A stretch of DNA of 20,022 nucleotides, taken from NCBI GenBank assembly GCA_003194425.1, contig PQXB01000005.1, positions 1 through 20,022 on the forward strand. The letters are read 5' to 3'. Of this stretch, positions 6,184-12,822 are shown in pieces; within the stretch, counting starts at the first letter, position 1; the number at the start of each line of letters is the position of its first letter. This DNA is from Candidatus Methanophagaceae archaeon (GTDB lineage Archaea; Halobacteriota; Syntropharchaeia; Alkanophagales; Methanospirareceae). The notes beneath the pieces are model-generated. The model made no database searches, had not been told where the DNA came from, and was given only the letters and a program-made list of their open reading frames with translations. The position numbers and the translations under genes were made by a program.

Positions 6184-9093
6184 ATGAAAAAAGAGGGTTT
6201 TCTGCTGGACATTGATTACAGAACCGAGAAAGTAGGAAGCGAAGGAAGTGGAGGAAGCGGAGGAAGCAGAGGAAGCAGAGGAGGAGGAAGCAGAGGAGGA
6301 GGGAAGGAGAAGCCTGTAGTAAGGCTGTGGTGCAAGAGTACGAGTGAGAGCGAAGAAGGTTCGGATTTTGTCGTGTTGGACAAGGACTTTGAGCCGTATT
6401 TTTACGCTTTTCCCTTTTCCTACGCTTCGCGTTCAGAGGAAGAAGGAGAGGCGGAACTGCGAGAGAAGAAGCGGTTGGTAGAGGGAATTTGCGTGGAGAG
6501 AAGGAGCAGCGAGGGGGCTGGGGAAGAGGTAAGAGTTAAGCGGGTGGAGTTTTGCAGGAAGAAGTTGCTTGGTCTCGAACGGCAGGGGCTAAAGATTTTC
6601 ACCGAGCTTCCGAGGCACGTTCCAGTGCTGCGTGAGGAAGTGCGGAGAGCGGGTCTCGCAGTCTTTGAGGCGGACATTCTCTTTCCAATTCGCTACTTAA
6701 TCGACAAGCAACTCAAGCCCTTCGACGGTGTAAAAGTGGTCGGCGAAGAAGCGGAGGGCGAAGAGGCGGTCTTGAACTACGCAAACACAGGAACAAGAAC
6801 GAGGACGAGAAAGAGGAAGAGAAAGAGAACGGCGATTCTGGCTTCAAAAGTGTGCTACAAAAAAATGGCGGTGGGCAACCTGCCGATAAAAATTCTCGCT
6901 TTCGACTCGGAAATGGCAACGCAGCCGGGCAGCGGGAGTGGAATGCCGTCGCCGAAAAAAGACCCGATAATTATTATTTCTGTGGCTTACCGCGAGGGAA
7001 GAGCGAGAGGAGGAGGAGCAGGCGAGGGAGGAGGAGCAGGCGAGGGAGAAGCGGGAGGAGGTGAGGGAGAAGCGGGAGGAGGTGAGAGAGGAGGAGAGGG
7101 AAAAGGAGGAGAAGAAAATGAAGTCAAGACGAAGTTGTTTGTGCTGGAGGAGGGAGAGTACGGACGAGGGGACGACGAGCGGGTAATTCGCGAATTTCTG
7201 GAGTTCGTGCAGGAGTTTCAGCCGGATGTGATCGTAGGCTACAATTCTGACGGGTTTGACTGGCAGTACTTGAAGGAGCGGGCGAAGTTGCACGGAATTC
7301 GCCTGAATGCGGGGGCAGACGGCAGCACGGTTCAATTTGAGCGGGGTGGGGCGTTGCCTGGGGTGAACATCGCGGGCAGGCTGAACGTCGACCTCTTCAA
7401 ACTCGCAAAGCGCGACCTGGACAGCGTGAAGGTGAAGAAGCTGGAGAATGTGGCGGAGTTTCTCGGCGTGCAGCGGAAGAGCGAGCGTGTGAATTTGACG
7501 CCACGCGAGATTAACGAGTGCTGGTTTGAGGGTTCGCGAGAGCGAAAGCGGAGAGAGCGGTTGTACGAGTACGCAAAGGCGGACGCGGTCAGCGCGCTGG
7601 GGATTGCGGAGAAGATGCTGCCGCTCCAAATCGAACTCTCCAGAATGGTCGGCTACCCGCTGGACGAGTTAGCAAAAATGGGCAGGGGCAGGCAGGTGGA
7701 AGCGTTCCTAACCGCAGAGGCGTTTAAGAAGGGCGAGCTGGTGCCGCCGAAGCGCGGGTCGGAGAAGACTTTTGAGGGAGGTTTCGTGCTTCCTCCCGAG
7801 AAGGGCTTGCACGAGAACGTCGTCGCCCTTGACTTCTCTTCGATGTACCCTACAATTATGATTTCATTCAACATCTCCCCTGACACTTTTGTAGAACCTG
7901 GGAGAGCGGAAGTAGTGAGGGAAGGAGCGGGAGTAGTCGGAGATTTTGTAGCCCAGGATTTGCACTTCGCGCCAGAAGTGGGGCACGCGTTCCGAAAGTC
8001 GCCTGACGGGTTCTTCAAAAGAATAATGACCGATTTGATTGCGCGGCGGCGGGCGATAAAATCGGCGATGCGGAAACACGACAAAAATTCCTCAGAATAC
8101 CAGCTCTTGAACCTACAGCAGCAGAGCATCAAAATCCTCACGAACAGTTTTTACGGCTACACAGGCTGGAATGCAGCGAAGTTTTACAAGCGAGAGTGCG
8201 CAGAGGCGACGACGGCGTGGGGTCGGCATTTTATAAAGCGTGCAGTGAAAATGGCGGAGGAAGAGGGCTTTAAAGTCGTTTACTCAGACACCGACAGTAT
8301 TTTTGCGAAACTACCGCCTGGAGTTACAGAGGTAGCAGAGGACAGAAAGGCGGCGGTCTTGAAGAAGGCGAGGGAGGTCTCGGAGCGGATTTCAGAGGAA
8401 CTTCCGCTTGAACTCGAGATTCAGGACTTCTTCAAAACGATTTTCTTTACAGGCAAGAAAAAGCGGTACGCAGCGCTCACTGACAAGGGCGAAATCGTGG
8501 TTCGCGGCTTGGAAGTGCGACGGGGCGACTGGTGCGAGCTGGCGAAGGAGGTGCAAACGAAAGTGATTGAACTTGTTTTACGAGAGAAAGACCCTGCTGC
8601 TGCTTTTAAATTCGTTAAAACCGTCGTGCAGGACTTGAAAGACGGGAAGACGCCCCTGGAGAAGCTGACAATTTACAAGACGCTCACTCGGAGAATAAGC
8701 AGCTACGAGACGAAGCAGGCGCACGTTGTAGCGGCGCAGAGGGCTTTAGACTCTGGTGTTGCCTACGAAGTCGGCTCAAAAATCCCTTATGTGATCTTGA
8801 AGGGCGCAGAAGGGGCGAGGGGCGCAGGGGGAGCAAGAGGCACAGGGGGAGCAAGGGGAGGGAGGGGCGCAGGGAAGGCGGAAAAGACGAGCGACCGTGC
8901 GTTTCCGGTAGATCTTGTAGAGAAAAGCGAAGGGAACGAAATAACCGCAGAGGGGCGGAAATACCAAATCGACACTTCTTACTACCTCCAGCACCAAATA
9001 ATTCCGGTTGCGCACAGGGTGCTGCAACTCTTCGGCTACGAGCTCTCCTCTTTTGAAAATCGCGGGCAGAAGACATTGGGGCAGTGGTTTTGA
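6184..9093 (+). CDS. polB: family B DNA polymerase
   Basis: Motifs present are Exo I FDSE, Exo II YNSDGFDWQYL, Exo III YAKADA, motif A DFSSMYPTIM, motif B KILTNSFYGY and motif C YSDTDS. Four low-complexity insertions lie at 6235..6312, 6787..6831, 6994..7122 and 8803..8886. Confidence 0.95.
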   Translation: MKKEGFLLDIDYRTEKVGSEGSGGSGGSRGSRGGGSRGGGKEKPVVRLWCKSTSESEEGSDFVVLDKDFEPYFYAFPFSYASRSEEEGEAELREKKRLVEGICVERRSSEGAGEEVRVKRVEFCRKKLLGLERQGLKIFTELPRHVPVLREEVRRAGLAVFEADILFPIRYLIDKQLKPFDGVKVVGEEAEGEEAVLNYANTGTRTRTRKRKRKRTAILASKVCYKKMAVGNLPIKILAFDSEMATQPGSGSGMPSPKKDPIIIISVAYREGRARGGGAGEGGGAGEGEAGGGEGEAGGGERGGEGKGGEENEVKTKLFVLEEGEYGRGDDERVIREFLEFVQEFQPDVIVGYNSDGFDWQYLKERAKLHGIRLNAGADGSTVQFERGGALPGVNIAGRLNVDLFKLAKRDLDSVKVKKLENVAEFLGVQRKSERVNLTPREINECWFEGSRERKRRERLYEYAKADAVSALGIAEKMLPLQIELSRMVGYPLDELAKMGRGRQVEAFLTAEAFKKGELVPPKRGSEKTFEGGFVLPPEKGLHENVVALDFSSMYPTIMISFNISPDTFVEPGRAEVVREGAGVVGDFVAQDLHFAPEVGHAFRKSPDGFFKRIMTDLIARRRAIKSAMRKHDKNSSEYQLLNLQQQSIKILTNSFYGYTGWNAAKFYKRECAEATTAWGRHFIKRAVKMAEEEGFKVVYSDTDSIFAKLPPGVTEVAEDRKAAVLKKAREVSERISEELPLELEIQDFFKTIFFTGKKKRYAALTDKGEIVVRGLEVRRGDWCELAKEVQTKVIELVLREKDPAAAFKFVKTVVQDLKDGKTPLEKLTIYKTLTRRISSYETKQAHVVAAQRALDSGVAYEVGSKIPYVILKGAEGARGAGGARGTGGARGGRGAGKAEKTSDRAFPVDLVEKSEGNEITAEGRKYQIDTSYYLQHQIIPVAHRVLQLFGYELSSFENRGQKTLGQWF

Positions 9094-9163
9094 GGCAGTT
9101 CTAGAGGTCAAATATCAAAAAAGCTTTTAAAGACCTGTTCCTTTCTTAATTGCGGTGATAAAA

Positions 9164-9364
9164 ATGGCGGAACTACCCATAGCACCTGTAACAAGGATAG
9201 TGAGAAACGCGGGAGCAGAGAGAGTCAGCGAAGACGCAAGCCAGGCGTTGGTAGAGGTTTTAGAGGAGTACGGCGAAGAGGTTGCAGAGAGAGCCGTCGC
9301 CCTCGCCAAGCACGCCGGGCGGAAGACAGTGAAACGCGAAGACATTCTGGAAGCAGTCGAATAG
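9164..9364 (+). CDS. archaeal histone (HMf family)
   Basis: The sequence is MAELPIAPVTRIVRNAGAERVSEDA...LAKHAGRKTVKREDILEAVE. The ORF-track start at 9155 is a GTG, and I prefer ATG 9164. Confidence 0.93.
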   Translation: MAELPIAPVTRIVRNAGAERVSEDASQALVEVLEEYGEEVAERAVALAKHAGRKTVKREDILEAVE

Positions 9365-9392
9365 AACAGAATAGAAAATTGGAGATTTGGAG

Positions 9393-9418
9393 AAAAGGGG
9401 AAATAAATTTCCCCTTTT
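9393..9418. terminator. perfect inverted repeat aaaaggggaaat/atttcccctttt between convergent genes, bidirectional terminator candidate
   Basis: The arms are 12 nt each with a 2-nt gap, which is effectively an 11-bp stem with a 4-nt loop. T-tracts follow on both strands. It lies between the histone stop (9364) and the NMNAT stop (9450). Confidence 0.5.
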
Positions 9419-9449
9419 TATTTTTTCCCTTCCCTTTCCCTAACCCAAT

Positions 9450-9965
9450 CTAAAAGTCGCTTCTACTCAAGTTTTCCAGCCTTCTCAGCCCGTCAATCTC
9501 GCAGACAACCTCGAGAACCGCTTTTGGAACTAACTCCCGCCACTGCTCGTGGTTCAGCATTCGACGCCTTATTTCTCTCCCCGCGTACTCTCTGCGGTTA
9601 AACAGCGAGGGCGTCCGCACCTCGTAGCCCTTCTCGCTGAACAACCGCCCGATTAGCGGGTTGTTCGTGAACACTACCTCCACGGGGGGAATTAGGGACT
9701 CCACGTGCGAGACCCAGACCGCGTTCCAGTTCACATCCAAAATCGGAACGATGTAAAAGTTGAGAACGCCGTCGTCTCGCAGGGATTTTGAAATCATCAG
9801 GTAACGCTCCCCCGCGGTAAAGGGGTCTTCCAACTCGTGGCTTCGCTGCGCCGAGCCGATGCAAATAATGACCTCGTCCACCTCTGCTTCAGAGGCAATT
9901 TGTTTTATCACGGCGTGGTGCCCGAGGTGGTAGGGCTGAAACCTCCCGATGTACAGCGCTCGCAT
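9450..9965 (-). CDS. nadM: nicotinamide-nucleotide adenylyltransferase (archaeal NadM type)
   Basis: The sequence MRALYIGRFQPYHLGHH...ICIGSAQ...FTAGER shows a typical archaeal NMNAT N-terminus and HxGH motif. Confidence 0.92.
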   Translation of the reverse strand: MRALYIGRFQPYHLGHHAVIKQIASEAEVDEVIICIGSAQRSHELEDPFTAGERYLMISKSLRDDGVLNFYIVPILDVNWNAVWVSHVESLIPPVEVVFTNNPLIGRLFSEKGYEVRTPSLFNRREYAGREIRRRMLNHEQWRELVPKAVLEVVCEIDGLRRLENLSRSDF

Positions 9966-9985
9966 TTTGGTTCTACTTTTCTTTT

Positions 9986-10156
9986 CTAATTATTTTCCTT
10001 TGTAATCACCGCTCGCAGCAGGTAGACGACCACCGCGATGACGCACGCCACGAAGCCTGCCTGCACCAGAGAGCGGTATTCAGAGACGAAGAGTCGGGAA
10101 ATTGCCTCAAGGGCGAGGAAATAGAATTGGAAAGTCGCAACGAGAAGCAAAAGCAT
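9986..10156 (-). CDS. small membrane protein, 56 aa, two predicted TM helices
   Basis: My own translation gives MLLLLVATFQFYFLALEAISRLFVSEYRSLVQAGFVACVIAVVVYLLRAVITKENN plus TAG. The ORF is below the ORF-track cutoff and lies in the same orientation between the repeat ORF and nadM. Confidence 0.45.
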   Translation of the reverse strand: MLLLLVATFQFYFLALEAISRLFVSEYRSLVQAGFVACVIAVVVYLLRAVITKENN

Positions 10157-10161
10157 AAGAA

Positions 10162-10353
10162 TTACGAAGACGCCGAGCCTGAAATACCTGAAACTGTCCT
10201 CTGACGCGAACCTCCCTCTCTCCTTTCTCCCTCCTCTCTCTTTTCTCCCTCCTCTCTCCTTTCTCCCTCCTCTCTCTTTTCTCCCTCCTCTCTCTTTTCT
10301 CCCTCCTCTCTCCTTTCTACCTCCTCTCTCCTCTCCTCCGTTCCTTTTCTCAC
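10162..10353 (-). CDS. possible 63-aa EEGEKR-repeat protein; coding status uncertain
   Basis: The GTG start overlaps the upstream stop codon (GTGA). The body of the ORF is a GA-only 18-nt tandem repeat that cannot contain stop codons in any sense frame, so the existence of an ORF is weak evidence. Confidence 0.3.
   Translation of the reverse strand: MRKGTEERREEVERREEGEKREEGEKREEGERREEGEKREEGERREGGSRQRTVSGISGSASS
10211..10339 (-). repeat. about 7 tandem copies of an 18-nt unit (plus strand ctccctcctctctcYttt), GA-only on the minus strand
   Basis: Direct reading places unit boundaries at 10227, 10245, 10263, 10281, 10299 and 10317. Plus strand 10211..10318 is pyrimidine-only. Confidence 0.9.
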
Positions 10354-11576
10354 ACTCCTCTCCTCCTTTTCTTTAACCGCAAAACAAGGATAAAAGCACT
10401 AAAGACAGCAAAAGCCGCGGATAAAGTCTCAAAGCCAGGTACCTTCGTCGTCCTCGCCCCCTCCTCTGCTGGAGCACGGTAAGGCACAGGAGTAGGGACA
10501 GGTACTTCAGGAGCAATAAAATCCGTAATCTTCACGGTAGGCGAAATCTCCACCGTCTTTTCCTCCGCCCCTGTTAGCACGGTTCTCTTCGCAAACGGGC
10601 TCAAAAGAACCATTCCGCGACCCTCTTTTATTATCCGATCCGACTGCCAAATTTGAACCTCAATGATGTAGTCCCTGCCGTTGAGCACCCGCAGTTCTGC
10701 GTAGTGCAGCGTTGTAGTGCCAGTTTTAAGGAATCCGAGCTCTTCCCACCGCCTGTCCGAGATTAATCTCGTCTCGTTCTCCCTCGCCTTTACCAACGCC
10801 CTCAGACCCCTGACATCTTCCCCGAGATTGTCAATGTAGAGCGTGGTGTTCACGATCGCGTACTCCTTCCCCTTCGCGTTCCCCATTTCGCTCTCCCTTC
10901 CGCTCTCCCCTTCTCCCTCGCTCTCCCTTCCGCTCTCCCCTCCTCCCTCCTCGTCTCCTTCTGCCCTCTCCACCGCTTCCACGAAGAAGTCAAGTTCGCG
11001 AATGGAAATTTTAGCAGCCGAAGGAGGTTCCAAGCGAGAGAGCCCGTAAATCCTCCTTTCGCCACGCAGTATGCCTTTACCGTCCTCGAAGACGACCACT
11101 TGCAGTCGGTAGCCCCCTACACCCTCCTTTGGTAGCCTCAAGAGCGTGCTTGCGGATTTTGTCGCACTTTCTCCTTCCCGTCCTTCCCCTCCTCCACACC
11201 AACTTCCACACCAACTTCCACACCAACTCCCACTCGCGCTTCCGCTTCTCTCCGCTCTTCCGCCTATTTCTCCCACGACCGTCTCGTTGGAAGCAACGAG
11301 CAGGTTCGTCTCCGCGTCGTAAGCCTTCACCAAGACACGCACCTCGCCGGATTTCGCTTCTCCGCGGTTGTCCAGACACGTGGTCACATTTAGCAGTGCG
11401 TCTGCGATGCCAAGAGCCTCTGCGGAAATGTCAATCTCCGCGATCGTCAGCTCTGACCTCCCTCGCTCGTGCGACTTTAAACCACCGCCGAGCGTTGCTA
11501 CTAACAGAACAAGCACCAAGAACGCGGAGACGACCGCGAGAGTTGCGATTGCCTGGCGTTTCTCCTCTGAAGGCAT
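10350..11576 (-). CDS. PGF-CTERM-anchored surface protein with N-terminal signal anchor and two tandem related domains
   Basis: The N-terminal TM segment is AIATLAVVSAFLVLVLLVATL. The C-terminus, KVPGFETLSAAFAVFSAFILVLRLKKRRRGV, matches the PGF-CTERM pattern of PGF, a TM helix and a basic tail. Repeat insertions lie at 10888..10947 (2 x 30 nt) and 11197..11232 (3 x 12 nt, GSWC). Confidence 0.8.
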   Translation of the reverse strand: MPSEEKRQAIATLAVVSAFLVLVLLVATLGGGLKSHERGRSELTIAEIDISAEALGIADALLNVTTCLDNRGEAKSGEVRVLVKAYDAETNLLVASNETVVGEIGGRAERSGSASGSWCGSWCGSWCGGGEGREGESATKSASTLLRLPKEGVGGYRLQVVVFEDGKGILRGERRIYGLSRLEPPSAAKISIRELDFFVEAVERAEGDEEGGGESGRESEGEGESGRESEMGNAKGKEYAIVNTTLYIDNLGEDVRGLRALVKARENETRLISDRRWEELGFLKTGTTTLHYAELRVLNGRDYIIEVQIWQSDRIIKEGRGMVLLSPFAKRTVLTGAEEKTVEISPTVKITDFIAPEVPVPTPVPYRAPAEEGARTTKVPGFETLSAAFAVFSAFILVLRLKKRRRGV

Positions 11577-11602
11577 ATTTCTTCTTTATCTTTCTTTCTT
11601 TG

Positions 11603-11612
11603 TTTTATAAAA
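11603..11612. promoter_or_regulatory. palindromic A/T box TTTTATAAAA in a 52-bp divergent spacer, candidate shared TATA element
   Basis: This is the only strong A/T box between start codons 11576 (minus strand) and 11629 (plus strand). It lies about 17-36 nt from each ATG. Confidence 0.4.
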
Positions 11613-11628
11613 TAAACGAGGGAGAAAA

Positions 11629-12249
11629 ATGGCGAAGGCGGTGTTGTTTTTGGCAGCGGGGTTTGAGGAGATTGAGGCTGCGAGCGTTGCGGATGTCTTG
11701 AGGAGAGGCGGTGTAGAAGTCGTGGTCGCGGGTCTGCAAGAGCAAGCAGGAGCAGGGGCAGGAGCAGGGGCAGGAGCAGGAGCAGGAACAGGAGCAGGAA
11801 CAGGAGCGGTTGAAGGCGGGCACGGGATTAAAGTGGTTCCAGACACGACGATTGGGGAGGTTGAGGTTGGGGATTTTGACGCGGTCGTGCTGCCGGGCGG
11901 GTACCCGGGCTACGAGAATCTTGGAAACGACAGGCGAGTCTTGGACGCGGTCAAGAGTGCGGTTGAGCAGGGAAAGGTCGTTGCTGCGATTTGCGGCGCC
12001 CCTACGGTCTTGGCAAAGGCAGGGGTTTTGAAGGGCAAGCGGGCGACGATTTTTCCTGGAATGGAGGCGTGGCTGACCGCGGCAGGGGCAGAGGTCCGTC
12101 CTCTGAGCGAGCGGGTCGTCGTTGACGGCAAGATTGTTACCAGTCAGGGTCCGTGGACGGCGTTGGAATTTGGGGTCAAGTTGGTGGAAATCCTGGTCGG
12201 GGCGAAGCGAGCGCGGGAACTCAAGGACGAACTCGTAGCGAACTTTTAG
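11629..12249 (+). CDS. DJ-1/PfpI family protein
   Basis: The sequence reads KAVLFLAAGFEEIEA...VVLPGG...VAAICGAPTVLAKAGVL...IVTSQGP, with the nucleophile-elbow Cys. A (GA/GT)n insertion lies at 11746..11808. Confidence 0.9.
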   Translation: MAKAVLFLAAGFEEIEAASVADVLRRGGVEVVVAGLQEQAGAGAGAGAGAGAGTGAGTGAVEGGHGIKVVPDTTIGEVEVGDFDAVVLPGGYPGYENLGNDRRVLDAVKSAVEQGKVVAAICGAPTVLAKAGVLKGKRATIFPGMEAWLTAAGAEVRPLSERVVVDGKIVTSQGPWTALEFGVKLVEILVGAKRARELKDELVANF

Positions 12250-12293
12250 AAGGAGAGGAAAAAGGAGAAAGAGGAGAAAGGAGAAAGAGAAAA

Positions 12294-12494
12294 ATGAGGA
12301 GGGAAATTTGGGTAGGTCTTGCGGTCTCCCTCGTTGGAGTGCTGGTTCTGTATGTTTTCAAGTACAACCTCTACCTTGGCGTGGGACTGCTGGGCGTTGG
12401 AGTGGTTATTTTAATAGTAACTATGAGTTTTGAGAGATATGAGGAGTGGAAGAAGATGAAGGAGGAGATAAGCGAGGAGGATTTGAGACCATGA
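12294..12494 (+). CDS. small membrane protein, 66 aa, two TM helices and an acidic C-terminus
   Basis: The sequence is MRREIWVGLAVSLVGVLVLYVFKYNLYLGVGLLGVGVVILIVTMSFERYEEWKKMKEEISEEDLRP. It is preceded by a GA-only tract at 12250..12294, and its stop overlaps the next start (ATGA). Confidence 0.6.
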   Translation: MRREIWVGLAVSLVGVLVLYVFKYNLYLGVGLLGVGVVILIVTMSFERYEEWKKMKEEISEEDLRP

Positions 12495-12811
12495 GCGTGA
12501 TAGTCGTGAATACGGATTTCGTTGTGGGAAAAGAGATTGTGGCGGTTTTGGGGGTCGTGAAGGGGAGTGTGATTCAGGCGAAGCACTTGGGGAAAGATTT
12601 TGTGGCAGGGCTTCGAACGATTATCGGGGGCGAGATAAAGGAGTACACCGAGATGATGAGCGAGGCGAGGGAGATTGCGTTGAAGAGGATGAGAGACAAG
12701 GCGGAGGAGATGGGTGCGGACGCGGTCGTGAACCTTCGGTTTATGACTTCGATGGTGATGACCGGTGCTGCGGAGATTCTTGCCTACGGGACTGCGGTGA
12801 AGTTAAGTTAA
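12491..12811 (+). CDS. ybjQ: YbjQ/UPF0145 family protein
   Basis: The sequence MSVIVVNTDFVVGKEI..GVVKGSVIQAKHLGKDFVAGLRTIIGGEIKEYTEMMSEAREIALKRM..KAEEMGADAVVNLRF is collinear with the YbjQ family. Confidence 0.9.
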   Translation: MSVIVVNTDFVVGKEIVAVLGVVKGSVIQAKHLGKDFVAGLRTIIGGEIKEYTEMMSEAREIALKRMRDKAEEMGADAVVNLRFMTSMVMTGAAEILAYGTAVKLS

Positions 12812-12822
12812 GTTAACACAAC

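Noticed and set aside
6994-7122. The PolB insertions could be inteins, which are common in archaeal PolB.
   Set aside because: All four inserts are 15-43 aa of G/E/A/R/S/K repeats. They have none of the intein splicing blocks (no N-terminal Cys/Ser block, no HN-Cys/Ser/Thr junction, no endonuclease domain) and are far too short.
10211-10339. The regular 18-nt repeats could superficially resemble a CRISPR array.
   Set aside because: The units are directly contiguous with no unique spacers. The unit is too short and of low complexity (GA-only), and there is no leader or nearby cas gene. It is a simple tandem repeat.
12153-12293. The 113-aa ORF-track version of the small membrane protein begins inside the DJ-1 gene.
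   Set aside because: The N-terminal 47 codons overlap the DJ-1 3' end and the GA-only tract, which cannot contain stop codons. ATG 12294 directly precedes the first TM helix.
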